From the NCBI GenBank assembly GCA_030324005.1, contig JARDVH010000110.1, positions 49,871,268 to 49,935,267 of the forward strand: a stretch of DNA of 64,000 nt. Reading direction: 5' to 3'. This document shows, piece after piece, positions 49,311-62,928 of the stretch (position 1 is its first letter; each line of letters starts with the position of its first letter). A program made the position numbers and the translations under genes. This stretch comes from Negaprion brevirostris (taxonomy: Eukaryota). The notes under the pieces are model-generated. The model was not told where the DNA came from, searched no databases, and saw only the letters and a program-made list of their open reading frames with translations.

Positions 49311-49487
49311 ACTAGGTTAAAGTCCAACAGGTTTATTTGGTATCACGAGTTTTGGGAGTGCTGAGAACTCACTTGATGAAGAAGCAGCACTCTGAAAGCT
49401 CATATCACCAAATAAAGCTGTTGGGCTTTAACCTGTTGTGAGACTTCTTATTGTGCCCACCCCAGTCCAACGCCGGCATCTCCACAT
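49311..49487. mobile_element. Palindromic short element family 1 (second copy) with hammerhead remnant
   Basis: aggttaaagtccaacaggtttatttggt...accaaataaagctgttgggctttaacct arms; same end (ccccagtccaacgccggcatctccacatc) as 1985-2175. Confidence 0.72.
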
Positions 49488-50136
49488 CAAATTTTTATCA
49501 ATTGCGCTTTGAATTTTCCAATTGCAGCAGCCTGCCCTTGGTTCTTCCTTTCCCAGTAAGTTAAGAGAACTATGCATTTGTGCTTGAAAAAGGAGTGCAG
49601 CAACACTGATCAATCTCCTGCCCTGTATTTTTTCTATCACTACCAATTTTTCTTCCAACTTTCTTGCCTTTAAAGGTACAGATTCTTAATGGGTGCATAG
49701 TTCCATGGGAGTTTGTCCAAGTGGCTTCATGTGCAAACTCAAGACAGTTTGTGGCAGAAGACTGTTCAGCCTTTAAAGATAACTAGCCAAATTTAACTTA
49801 ATCTCATTAGCCACCTACATGGCTTTTTTATTTCAAAAGCAGAAATTATGAGATATTACCCCCAAAGATAATGAGTTAGTCTCAAAGTCACAACTTTGAA
49901 CTCGAAACATATCATGGATGACAACGGTCAACTGCCACAAGGCTAAGACATAATTAAATTCCAGTCTCCATGGTCGCTCATTGTGCTCTTTTCTCGTTCA
50001 AACGAAAGATTAGCAACCTGCTCGTAGCTGATGGCATGAACTGATCAGTACAGCACACCCTTCTGCACAAGAACTTGCCCTAAAAAGAAACCTTGAAGTC
50101 AGAATGATTTGGGCCAAGGCTTGCTGTTCAAGATGC

Positions 50137-50232
50137 CATGAACATAAGAAATAGGAGGAGTAGGCCATCTAGCCCTTCGAGCCTGCCCCGCCATTCAATA
50201 AGATCACGGCTGATCTGAAGTGGCTCAGTTCC
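50137..50232 (-). mobile_element. Young CR1 3' end (runs into gap)
   Basis: Near-identical reverse complement of 31150-31250. Confidence 0.85.
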
Positions 50233-50869
50233 NNNNNNNNNNNNNNNNNNNNNNNNNNNNNNNNNNNNNNNNNNNNNNNNNNNNNNNNNNNNNNNNNNNN
50301 NNNNNNNNNNNNNNNNNNNNNNNNNNNNNNNNCTATCTCCTGTTACAGGTACAGGATTCTCTCTCTGCTGCAGGAGGCGCTTTGCTGGCTGTCTCAGTGA
50401 CTCAGTGTCAGGAAAAGCACAGCCTCAAGAAAATAAAGTGTGTCTATAAAACCACCAGATAATTATCTGAATTATTCTGAAAATTCTAGCAATCACCCTG
50501 AAGAAATGTCAACTTTTCTGACATTTGAGATCTGGTGAATGAAAAATTTTACAAATAGATAAACACTTGAATAATATTTACAATCAAGTCTGTATTTGTT
50601 TCCAAACATTGGATTTGAAATGAGAAAGAATAACCAGCACATGCAAACATTTCCTGCAGGCATCTTGCAATTATTTCTATGACCCATTTCATGCATGTGG
50701 AAATGAGGTTTGCACAAAACCCAACAAATCACAAGGCAGTTAGGAGGATGTCTGCAGTCTCATGTGGTGCCACGTTAGACCTCCAAACACCAAGATTATC
50801 ACCAGTTGGGAATCTCAGTCTCATGTCAATCAGCATTAGTGCTTTGCCAGGTCTTAAGCTGCTTCACAA

Positions 50870-51560
50870 CGAGGATTGTACAAGGAGTACTGAGCTGTGT
50901 CAAAGGAAAGATAAAAGGGACAATAATTATGGAATTACCCGCCAGCCTATTGAAATTCAGGTTGTATCAATTAGATGACACCAAACTGGGTGCATAACCA
51001 ACACTGAGGAAGAATGCAGCATAATACAAGAGGACACTGGAAAACTTGCAGGCTGAACAGTTTACAAAATTAACGAATAAATGTGAGATTTTATTTCTGT
51101 GTCTTCTACCAGGATGTATCATTTATACCTTTGATAAACTGAATTGAAAGTAGCATCGCAGGTCAAAGTAATTAAAAACAATAAATCAGCATTGGCATTT
51201 ACCTCTCAGGACATAGAACTTAAAACAGTGAAGATGTGTTAAGTTTATGCAGGACCCAAGTCAGGTCAGACATACTTCTGGTCTCCATACTGCAGACAGA
51301 ATCATGGAGAAAGCTCAAAGTAAAGACAACAGTACTAGAACAGAGATTATGGCTGGACTTCTCACCCGCGGCTGGGACCCTCTAGTCCCACTGCAGTGAG
51401 TGAAGTTTTGGCGGCAGGTCGAATAAGATCAGAGAATACTGACTTATAGCTTTCCGGATAATTAGATCAGGTCGGAGGGTTTTCTTGAGGAAAAACTCTG
51501 TACAGGAGACCGGAAAAAGGTGTTTATAATCATGAATGGGTTGATAGCTAAACGTGGACA
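50870..51560 (+). mobile_element. Highly decayed CR1 RT fragment
   Basis: gatgacaccaaactgggtg (DDTKLG), cttctggtctccatac and gtgtttataatcatgaatggg CR1-like pieces. Confidence 0.55.
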
Positions 51561-51955
51561 GAATAATGGTTCCGTGCAGAAATGGAGTGTGCTAGTGGCT
51601 GGGGGACTTAGCGTAAAACAACATGGGCTGGGATACAGAGATGGAAGGGGAGGGGGAGACTCAGGAGGCCCAGTGTGGTAGGAAGAGGAGGGAGATGCAG
51701 TCAAATAGATATTTTTATTCCACAGAATCAATACAACTCCAGGGCAATTAATAAGCTCTTAGCATCCCGACTCCTACCATCACCTTTTGGGAATAATCAA
51801 TGGATGATGAACTGCCCTTTTTTTTGGAACCTGCCAAACATTTTTGTTTTGTTGACTTGCAAAAAGTAGGAACCTCATTTCCACAGCTGAAGGTAGTGTG
51901 CATGCTCAGCTAATGCATCCTGACAGAGTCCCGAACCTAGAGACACTATGCAAAC

Positions 51956-52045
51956 CTGCAAAGAAAGAAGCGCTCCGGATCAGACGGAGCGGTGCTGGCT
52001 CAGAAACACCAGGTGCCCGCCTAGGGCTGCAAAGCTGCGACAAAC
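51956..52045 (-). CDS. FNIP1: FNIP1 exon 7 (symmetric cassette-type exon)
   Basis: 90 nt, ccatag|GT...G|gtttgc, phase 1/1. [30 protein letters not shown] vs recalled human [28 protein letters not shown]. Confidence 0.92.
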
Positions 52046-54590
52046 CTATGGAGCAAAATTGTAACAAAAATAGAAACAAAAAACAACAAACATGAGATTA
52101 GTAAAGCCATCAAACATAAGTAGTTAGAAGACCACACGGATTTAAAACAAAAATCAAACAAAGAGTTAAAAGGACATCAGAATATAATTGTACCTGCGTC
52201 AAAATTTACTTTCGCACTCATTCACTTCCTCCCCTCACTTCCCTGTGCCTTTCAAATTACTGGTTTGAAAAGGAAATAGGCCTAAAACGAATGAACTTTC
52301 ATTCGTATCCAAACAGGATACCCATCCATGTCAGAAAAATTAATATTGGAGAATTAAAATTCACCAGGTTCAAATAAAAATGTACAGATTTTGAGGTTCC
52401 TTTAAAAACATGGACTAAAGACAAATATTATGAGAAAAAGACGCATCATAATTTTACGCTGAAAACAGACTCAATGGTCACAAGGAAAAATGTATTTCAT
52501 TATGGCTTGGGAATTAGGAAGGATTGTTTCCATTGAATATAAAATTGCAAACAAAAATATGAAGTACAAAAATAGCCCCTCCCCATCTCCATCTCTGCCC
52601 ACAAGGTTGGAAGTCATGTCATTTAGTTCTGACCGGAAGCTACATTGTTCTCCCCGCCACACATCAGCTTGGGAAAAATGCAAATCATAAAAGTTCAGGC
52701 AGATCAAGCTAGAAATCTATGCACCTGACTAAAAGCTGGCATATAAAACCAAAGCTGTTTTTCATAATAACCTGTATTACTCATAACTCAAGTTTTCCTG
52801 TCTTCTCATGGTATTTCTGATAACAATGGAGTACTGTCATCAACCAGAAATTAGGAACGAAAAGTTTAAAACACGGTGACAAAAACAAAAGCAATATTCA
52901 AGTTACTGCTCCAAGTATAATTGAATCCATGTGGAATAATGCATTTTCACATCTTCAACACCTCCAGCTACAACATGAGAAAATACACACACCATTGATT
53001 GCATTTATCTAGATCCTAGTTTGTACTCTGCCCTTTAATTTTTAAAAATTAAATTAGTACCTGTTCTCATTTCATATTAAATTTCAATGTCAAGGTGTCA
53101 CAACACCCTGAAGGACCAATGCATGACACTGACATCAGTTAATCTGAAAGCTTGCACACTTGTCTTCTTAACCCTGCTCACTCCAACATGGATATGAAGA
53201 AATAGGAAATCAAAGGGGCATTCATCCTTGGGCTATTTTCTCTCAAGTACCCGTGGCAGGTTCAGAGTGACACAAAGGCCTGGAGAATGTAATTTATCTA
53301 CCATGCTAACCATAATGCTGATGGAGGGGAAAAAAAAAGGTTCTCTTTTGAAAAAAATCAGATGCACAGGCAGCCTGACATTGAATCTCAGAAACTTTCC
53401 GCAAACAACTTCCTTTGCAGTTCACCTTGTCTGTACTGGCTATTTGTAACACATACACTACTCACACAATGGTCAGTTACAAATAAATGTGCAATATCTC
53501 AGATTGACAAACCTCATCTCTAAAAGAAGCAGAGGGCTAAGCAAACCCTCACAGGAAAACTAAGTCTTCATCATAGTGAGCCACTAAATTTAAGTGTGGG
53601 TTGGCAGCAGCTAAGGTCTACGGACATCTCTGTCCTCACTCTCTTTTTGTATAGAGATGTTGTTAAGAGGTTAACAAACTAAAACTATACAGTTTACCAG
53701 AATAAAGCCATAGCCAAGCTAGGATTAACTTACAACACAAGTAATAAAGTTTGTACCAGTAGGGCACTGACCTCTAACCTTATCTGAGGGGGAAGGTTTG
53801 CATCCAGTGACAGATCCACCTCACCAAATCCTAATAATAAATTGTCTGGTCAATCAACAGTCCCCAGGAACATTAAGGACCTGTCTGGTTCAGGTATTAG
53901 ATTGAACTGGTTCTATTCTACTATTATAATGCAAGTCATTTTAGAGCAAATGAGCCCATTCACTTGCAAACTCCCAGGAGGCTGTAATGGATACCAGTCA
54001 TTAAATAGAAAAGAATGGGATTCAGCACCTGCAAAGCAGATAATAGCCATCAAGAACTGTTTCAGAGCAGATTAACAAGCAGAATCTCAAAGTGCTTCAT
54101 ATATGACTGGCTAAACAGTAATTCCATCAGTTAAAGAATTTGGAATAGCTGATGGTCATTCTGACCTTAAATAGATCATTGGCACAGACTTCTATCATCC
54201 AGGTCATATCACCCAATAGCAGCCTTCAACAGCAAGCTTCAGAATGCTCTCCACAGCTATGATGTGTGCCATCAAATGTGCCAATATAATGGAATTCTCC
54301 TAAAGAATTTCCAAGTGTTTCTCCCAGTGGGAAGACTTGTGAGATTCCCACTTGGAGGGCTGGTGCATTTCACATGCACTTACAAATATTTTTGGAGCCT
54401 TAGGAGATTCTCAGTCCCATATTTCAGTATTTTTGAAATATGGGNNNNNNNNNNNNNNNNNNNNNNNNNNNNNNNNNNNNNNNNNNNNNNNNNNNNNNNN
54501 NNNNNNNNNNNNNNNNNNNNNNNNNNNNNNNNNNNNNNNNNNNNNNNNNNNNNNNNNNNNNNNNNNNNNNNNNNNNNNNNNNNNNNNNNN

Positions 54591-54843
54591 AAGGCTGACA
54601 TTTACACTGCAATTAAGTTACTATGAAAGTGCCCTAGTCGCCACACTCCAGTGCCAATTCCAGTCAATGCACCTAATCAGCACATCGTTCAGGCTGTGGG
54701 AGAAAACCAGAGCACCCAGAGGAAACCTACACAGACACGGGGAGAATGTGCAAACTCTACACAGACAGTGACCCAAGCCAGGAATCGAACCCAAGTCCCT
54801 GGCACCATGAGACAGCAGTGCTAATCACTGTGCCATCATGCCA
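54591..54843 (-). mobile_element. HE1-like SINE, tail type B
   Basis: Reverse complement of the head, V-domain and type B tail. Confidence 0.87.
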
Positions 54844-55007
54844 CCTCATATAGTAGTATTGTACAAGCTTACTGGTTGCTAACTGCCTAGTTGAGGTCCT
54901 CAATTAAAGAGCATTATTAGTTACAACTGTAATCTTGACACCCTCAAGTGAAAAGTTCTGAATGTCAAAATTTACATACTTCAAAACCAAGTCATAATGG
55001 AACATAC

Positions 55008-55096
55008 CTATAAGACTGTTCATCAAAACATTTTGATCTGAGTAAGGTTTTGATGTAGTAGGGTCCTGATTAATAAATTCCAGGCTGTCTTGCAAC
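55008..55096 (-). CDS. FNIP1: FNIP1 exon 6
   Basis: 89 nt, tttaag|G...G|gtatgt. LQDSLEFINQDPTTSKPYSDQNVLMNSLI; phases fit both neighbours. Confidence 0.93.
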
Positions 55097-55503
55097 CTTA
55101 AAAAAAAATTAAAAGTGCACACATGAATTTTCACCAAAGGACATCAACAAAGTCACCTGAAATTAAGCACAAAATGATGGTCATGTATTGTTCCATACTG
55201 CTCAGTTGAAAAAGTAACATCCTTCTGAATTGTTCCTCACTTACAAAGGCTAAAGGGAAATGGCACTATAATGTTTCAATTTTTCTTAAACTTTGCTTTA
55301 AAGTTGTTGTCTACAGTCGATATGGGAGGAAGCAGTATGGTTGCATCTTTCCCTTTAACTTTATCATAATGTACCATCTATGAAATAAAGGAAGATTCCT
55401 ACACAACATTACTGCTTCTAACAAGGAACACGAGACATTACAGCATGTCGTAAACTTATAAATCATGGTCTTAGTTCATCAATGTTGCAACAAGTATGAA
55501 ACA

Positions 55504-55795
55504 CAGAATCCCTACAGTGCATTTGGCCCATTTGAGTCTGCACCAACCACAGTCCCACCCAGGACCTATTCCCGTAACCCAATATATTTATCCTGTTAAT
55601 CCCCTGACACTCGGGTCAATTTAGAATGGCCAATTAACATAACCCGCACATCTTTGGAATGTGGGAGGAAACTGGAACCCCCGGAGGAAACCCACATAAA
55701 CACGGGGAAAAAAAGTGCAAACTCCACACAGACAATCATCTTAGGGCAGAATTGAACCAGGCGCTGAGAGGCTGCAGTGCTAACCCATGCCACCC
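55504..55795 (-). mobile_element. HE1 V-SINE, tail type A
   Basis: agaatccctacagtgc...gtgggaggaaactggaacccccggaggaaaccc...cagtgctaacc. Confidence 0.87.
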
Positions 55796-56727
55796 TATGA
55801 ACAAATACAAGTTAGGAGTAGGCCATTCTACCCCTGGAGCCTGTTCAGCCATTTGTTAAGATCATAGCTGATCTGGTTGTGGACCATTCAGTTGATAAAA
55901 ATCTCACCCTTGGAGGTAAGAATTTAGACTCACTATTACAAGGAACGCATTAAACGTGGTAATATCATACTTAGGGGCGTTATCTGGAATCTACTCCAAA
56001 ATCCAGTATAGAAACTGCAGCCCTTTTTACTGCCCGAATTACTCCCCTCTCCTCTTTATGTAAGAATCTGCATGAAAAGGGCAAGTTCAAAAAGGGAATC
56101 TACGCATTTGCTGAAATGACTCAAGTCTTCACATTAAACGTGCAATATGAATAACGGATAAGTCATAAAGAGAATGTTAATGATCTCCATTTGAGACAAG
56201 AGTACTGGTTGCTCAGATTTTCTTGTTCATTAATAAGTCTGTTTTTCCTTTTCAGATGTTGACTGCATTTCATTACTGGCATCAACATGGTGCTACCTTG
56301 CTGTACTACAATAATATGTGCATTTGTCTCAATGAAACATTAAACTATAATTTTATTATGCTAATGTTATAGGCTGAATGAACAGAAATGTTAAACAATG
56401 TGCAAAAATCAAAATACAAATCAAGTAGCTATTTAAAATGGTGGAAGAACTCTATTTGCAGAAGTTAACTAAGGAGACAATGTATCATTTAAAAAAGAGA
56501 TTGCCTAGATTTTGACTAGTTTATGTCCAGTGGAATTCACTAGCTGCTTGAACATGCTAACTTGCAGCCAATCTCATTGGGTAAAACTAAACAATAAAAC
56601 AAAGCAAGAATAGTGAGATTTATTCATTCAACAAGTAAAAGGCTTTGGATTGAGGCTCCTCTCTGGAGGGGGAGGTGAAGGAGAAACCAACTGAAAGTAT
56701 CTAATCAAAATTCATGTCAGAGTTTTA

Positions 56728-56850
56728 CATTACAGAAAGAGGCCCTCTGGCCCATTGTGTCTGCACCAGCCATCAAACACCTATCTTTTCTAATCCCATT
56801 TTCTAACACTTGGTCTGTAGATTTATAATGTTATGGCATCTTAAGTGTTG
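56728..56850 (-). mobile_element. CR1 3' end (runs into gap)
   Basis: acagaaagaggccctctggcccattgtgtctg...ctaatcccattttc; same tail as 17960-18050. Confidence 0.7.
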
Positions 56851-58895
56851 NNNNNNNNNNNNNNNNNNNNNNNNNNNNNNNNNNNNNNNNNNNNNNNNNN
56901 NNNNNNNNNNNNNNNNNNNNNNNNNNNNNNNNNNNNNNNNNNNNNNNNNNNNNNNNNNNNNNNNNNNNNNNNNNNNNNNNNNNNNNNNNNNNNNNNNNNN
57001 NNNNNNNNNNNNNNNNNNNNNNNNNNNNNNNNNNNNNNNNNNNNNNNNNNNNNNNNNNNNNNNNNNNNNNNNNNNNNNNNNNNNNNNNNNNNNNNNNNNN
57101 NNNNNNNNNNNNNNNNNNNNNNNNNNNNNNNNNNNNNNNNNNNNNNNNNNNNNNNNNNNNNNNNNNNNNNNNNNNNNNNNNNNNNNNNNNNNNNNNNNNN
57201 NNNNNNNNNNNNNNNNNNNNNNNNNNNNNNNNNNNNNNNNNNNNNNNNNNNNNNNNNNNNNNNNNNNNNNNNNNNNNNNNNNNNNNNNNNNNNNNGAACA
57301 AGCATGTGTGCGTGGCACCTGGCAGGTTCTCACTCGGACCCCCAGTCTGCACCTCGTCTCCTCGGGGAGGTGAAAGAACAGTGGGATGTCAGAGCGCTAT
57401 GGAGTGCTTGCATAGCTTGATCATTAAAGGCAAGTGCAGATTTCCTTCAACACCTCCACAGGCAAATGTTTCCAATTGGCAACGTTTCCCTGCAGATGGA
57501 TCCAACTGATGGTTCTGGGTGTTCGGACTGTGCCTGTCTATCAGGTGCAACATAATGTGCCTCTATCTTGCAGAACCCTCTCCCTCATCCGAGCAGCACA
57601 TGCTATTCTTAGTGGGGCTGCCAGCTGCTCTTCTTTTTGGCTCCCCTGACTGACCTTCCTACATCAGTTGCTGCCTCCCACCCCCAAATGGATAGGCTTC
57701 CAGAAGTGCCTCCNNNNNNNNNNAGACCTGAAGGGTGTACCACTGAACAGGATGAAGTCAAGATCTGGTTTATGTGGAGAAAATTCCAATCATTGTAGAA
57801 ACAATCAAAAATAAATGGATAAAAATGTCAGGGCTGGAGATCGATTTCAGGTTGAGAACACTACATGTGGGTCGCAAAAATGGAGAAACTATGTATAAAT
57901 ACCATTTAAAATGGGTGCAATGTTGAGTAACGCAATAGCACAACACAATAACATTCAAATAACATTAGGATAGAGCAATGAGGCACCAGCATAGTTTGGT
58001 CAGCATCCTGGCTGTTTGTGTACAGACTGCTGCTCACACTTTAGTAAAGCTTTAAATAGTTTGCAATGATTAATCTGCACTACTGAAAAATAAAATTAAC
58101 TTGAACAGGTAGCAATTGTACTTTGATTCCAGCTATTATAGTGTGAAGGTTATTAAATCATAAGTTAAAAATAAATCAGATCATTTATCTTTTGCAGAAC
58201 TTCTGCAAGGTTGGGATATTTCAGGATGCAGAGCATATTAATAGCATTTGTGCATGCCCAAAGTAAAGCAGATCCAAAGGTCTTTAAGCAGCAAGTTACA
58301 GTTAAATCATTTCTAGAGGGAATGATGATCATCGTAAAATGTTACATCAAATAGTAGGATGCAGGTTCAATTTCTCATACCTGATATTTTTGCATATCAT
58401 TGTTACGCGCTAGCAAGCATAACTTTTGTACGATAAGTATTATACTTGCGCTCATGAAAAAAAGTGGGTGGGAGTAAAGAGAAAAAAAAATCTGTAGAGC
58501 AACTTTTAAAACATATGTTATGTCGCCAAACGGATAGCTCACAATAATGTTGAAGGTCTGACATTCAAGTCTTTGTTTTAAAGTTCATTTCTTCCTTGGA
58601 CAAAAGTCAATTGCTAGAAATGCTTAACAGATTAGTCAGTGTCTGAAAATGAGTCTTGGTAATGTTGCTGGTGAAATCTTTCGCCAATACTCATTCAAAA
58701 TATTAACTGACTTTACATTAAGATCTGAAAGAAGCACAATGTATTTCCACCACTTGCAGTTATTACAAATTTCTAGTATTGATTTTTCCTTCACATTTTT
58801 CAATGCATCTTTTTAAAAAAAACAAGTTTAAATCTTGACACTGGGCTGATAAAATTTATTGAAAAAAGAGATTATCCAATAGAAATGATACCCAC

Positions 58896-58970
58896 GTATT
58901 GAGACTTCCAGTGACACTACCTCCAGTACGAGCTGTGAAAACCTTGCTAAGCATTAGTTGTGGAGGAGAC
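58896..58970 (-). CDS. FNIP1: FNIP1 exon 5
   Basis: 75 nt, cttcag|G...AC|gtgggt. [25 protein letters not shown]. Confidence 0.96.
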
Positions 58971-59995
58971 CTGAAGAGAAAAATCAGTGAGATTATTTGG
59001 AAAAATAACTCACTGAAAATCAAAAATAATTTTCAACTAAACAGAAGGTGAAAAATTCCTTAAAATGTGGAAGGCAGTACATTTTATATCACATACACAG
59101 ACAGCAGACTTGGTCTCCATGAAGACCTCAGACAGTTTATTTCCTTGGACCACTAAATGGAGAGTGGAGGCTACTGTATATACAAGACCTTTAACAGGGT
59201 TTAATTTTACACTGAGATTGAAATGTTAGAAAGCAATGTGCACTACTATGCACAATTCTGAGAAGAGTCACGCGTTTACAAGGAAGGTTAATTCTACTTA
59301 AGGACCTCAAATCCTAACTCTAATAGATGGAAAGCAAAACCTGGGAGACCTCAATATTTTTGGCTTTCAGGTGGGCAAGTAAAGTGTCGTTTCCACCCCC
59401 CACCCCCACAAAAAAACCCCTCCTGCTTCCCCTCATCCACAGTGGGGTGGAGGGGGGGGGGGGGGGGTGAAAATAGGACGGTCAAAAATTTTTTATTAAA
59501 TCTACTAGGTTCCTATTCAGTTTATAACCCCCTCGAAATTCTAGTGGATAGAATTTCACTCCCATAATCCCTGTTCTTGACATCGGGGACGTGTCTGGGT
59601 GAGCTCTCAGGCAATAATTCCACCCATGCATTTTGCCCTCAAGTCAGTTGAAAATCTTAAACTATTCCAAATCTGGGTCAGGGAAGAAAGGTCTTTTTCC
59701 CAAAGAACATCTTTTCCCTACAGCCACCTTGTTCAATTGAGAGAATATGACAAAGGCAACATTTCTTATTGGGTCCTTTCCAGGTCTCCTCTTCTCACCG
59801 TCAGAGTGAATGGCATCACNNNNNNNNNNNNNNNNNNNNNNNNNNNNNNNNNNNNNNNNNNNNNNNNNNNNNNNNNNNNNNNNNNNNNNNNNNNNNNNNN
59901 NNNNNNNNNNNNNNNNNNNNNNNNNNNNNNNNNNNNNNNNNNNNNNNNNNNNNNNNNNNNNNNNNNNNNNNNNNNNNNNNNNNNNNNNNNNNNNN

Positions 59996-60217
59996 CTGAC
60001 AACAATCCCACCCAGGCTCTATCGCCTTAATCCTATGTATTTGTGCTGCTAATCCCCCTGACGCTAAGGGGCAATTTAGCAATCAACCTAAACTGCACAT
60101 CTTTGGACTGTGGGAGGAAACCCACGCAGACCTGAGGAGAACGCGCAAACTCCACAGAGACAGTCAGCTGAGGTTGGAATTGAACCGGGTCCCTGCAAGG
60201 CAGCATTTGCTAACCAT
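59996..60217 (-). mobile_element. HE1 V-SINE, tail type A (3' end in gap)
   Basis: gacaacaatcccacccagg...catctttggactgtgggaggaaacccacgcagac...ggaattgaaccgggtccctg. Confidence 0.85.
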
Positions 60218-60787
60218 TGGGGCAGCATGGTGGCACAACAGAAATTTTGACAGGAGTTTTGCTGCACTTGAGCTGCCAACAGGAATTCCAGGTTCTGGCG
60301 TTCTCACCAGCTTTCTTATCCTTAAAAGGGCTTGGGAACATTCCATATATCACATGAAATAATAGATACAATGCTGTGGGCCAGTTTTCACTGTTGCCAC
60401 TCATGGTGACACAGGGGTGGAGGAAAATCAATCAGTATACAATTTCTAATCAGCCAATCTGAGGCTCAGTAACAAGGATTGATTGAGACACACTGGCTAG
60501 AATACACAAATCATCTTTTGTAGCATTTACGAACTAAAGGTCAATGCGGTGTAAGATAGAACTCCTTTATGGAGCCAGCTAAATAAGCTGGAAACAATGT
60601 CATAAATTGGAGTTAGCTGTGAACATCAAACAAAAACTTTAAACTTTGGCTGGGCTAATTTTACCTAGTAAATCCAGCCAGGATTTTCAATTTTTGCTTC
60701 CAACTTTAAAGAGCTTTGGAAACTGACAGTGTGTACTGGTTACGTAACAAACATTTAACAATTTGTTAGAACGCAAAGTCCTCTCAC

Positions 60788-60888
60788 CGTATCTGGTGGA
60801 TCTTTAATGTGGAACCTTTGTAGCTCATTGCCACAGAGCCAAACATCATTTCGCCAAGCATGTTGGCATCTGAGGACGGTCGTGAATT
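60788..60888 (-). CDS. FNIP1: FNIP1 exon 4
   Basis: 101 nt, ttctag|AAT...CG|gtgaga. [34 protein letters not shown] is the hallmark FNIP N-terminal (longin) motif. Confidence 0.97.
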
Positions 60889-62928
60889 CTAGAAAGGCAA
60901 GTTATCAAAAATGAACACAATGACATCTAACGATGTCTTAAAAACAGACCATTAGTTCGAGATTATTTTAGGTGTGTGTATATTATAAAATACACAAAAG
61001 TGTTCTATAAATCAGAATAATGCGCCACTGGAGTCTCATTCTGAGAAACTGTAAAGTACATTTTAATAGGATGGTATAACTTGTGACTTGCTTTTTTGCC
61101 TGTTCCTGCTTTTTTAAAAAAAACTACGTACAGCACAATACCAACAGAGCAAGGGGAGAAATCCGTAATAATTATTCAACCATTAACTCAAAGTTGAATT
61201 ACTGAGCACCACGTCCATTGTAATATTGCCTAAATATTACATTTTGGCAGACTGTTGGCTCATACATTATTGTAAAACCTAACCCTTCATTCAAATCAAG
61301 TTAATATTTTTTGCAGTCAAAGGTAAGACACATTAACTTGTGTAGATTGTCACTGATGGAGAAAAGCTCACCCAGTGGAAATAAATGGATACAAGTCACA
61401 ATGTGGATCAGAGGGACTAGTCTTACTTGCAGGGATTACAATACATTACTCAATAAATATTGACGGGTCAATAATCTTGGTGCTTAACCAGAATGCCAAG
61501 GGAAGATATTCATAATTTCTTTTCCTGCCCAAATCTTTCCATTTCCTTATGAAACAGATTTAAAAAAGGATGCATTTATATACTTGTCTCATGAAACTCT
61601 GCAACATTGAGCATCGTATTCCAACAGCCCCTACTACCTTGTGTTTTCACACTGTTCAGTGTGTGTAGGTATTTTTAATTAGCAAAGCAATCTTTATTTA
61701 CTGTGGTTGGAAGTAGCTTGATCTGAGCAATCAGCTGAGCTGATCTTGATATGCACAGACTACAGCACGTGTGTGTACATGTTGCCTAAGGAACTTGTTC
61801 ATAGTTTTTAAGTTTCAAGTACATGTTATGGGAGGTTTAATGTAGAGGCCTGTCTTTCTATTATGGCAGCAGAGCATGGAAGGATTTGTCAAATGTAAAA
61901 AGTTAAGATTTCCACTGCGCATATTGAACACACTTCAATTTAATACAAAGGAGCACAAAGACAGGCTTCAAACATTGTGCACTTTATTGTTCCAACTGGG
62001 ATGTGGGGTGTTAGTTTTGATGTGGCATTTTTGACATTGAACATGATCATACAATACAGCTCTAATGATATGCCTCAACTCCAAACTAAGGTCAATACAA
62101 CTATTTACTTGTTTTATCTGCGTATTGTCTAACCTGTACTTTTTAAAATATATAATTCTGTAAACACTGAGTCCCATTTTATCTGGTTTTACGTTAAAAC
62201 AGATTAAAGCAGCTAGTTGTTATACTAATTTGAAGTATTAATCAGATATCTCACTGAAATGTCTCATTCTTGCAAGTTTCTGCTGGTTTGAAACAAAAAA
62301 GAAAACTAAGATTAAAAACAAAATACTGCATATGCAGAAAATGTTGGAAAATCTTAGAAGCTCTGACAGCATTGGCAGAGAGAACAGCACTCACGTTTTG
62401 AGTCCAGATGTCAGAGCTAAAGAAAACTTTAGCAAGTTAGTACATTAAAATGACATTGTTAAGGGCTGGAAGGCTATCAGCAAGTATTCTTTTTATTCAA
62501 TGTTGGTGGCTGGTCAGTAAACCACAAAAGATAATGTTGTTTGCCCATAGTGCCAGGAAAAGGCTCAAAATTATTTACTCATACTCTCGAATCATACAGC
62601 CTAAAATACCATCGCTCCAGACATGCATGATGGGGTAAAGCTGTATTAAGGTTTTTTTTAAAACAGTTCATAAAAGACACAATTGAACAGCTTTATATTT
62701 CCAATATGATGGTTAGATGACCTGGCCAACATATCATCTCTGCCCCTTCAATAGCAGTATAAGTCCCACTACGAAAACACTTCTTAGCCTCCTTCCTAAA
62801 AACAGGTCTAAAAGAATGAATTGAATGAACCAAATTATCTCCCAACAGAATTTTTGTGTTTGCAGTTTTCAAAGAATATAAGAAACTTCAAATGTGGGGG
62901 GGTTAAAGTTCACATATTCAGGCCTTAC

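Noticed and set aside
56803-57420. Long ORFs across 56851-57295
   Set aside because: Artefacts of translating an N gap.
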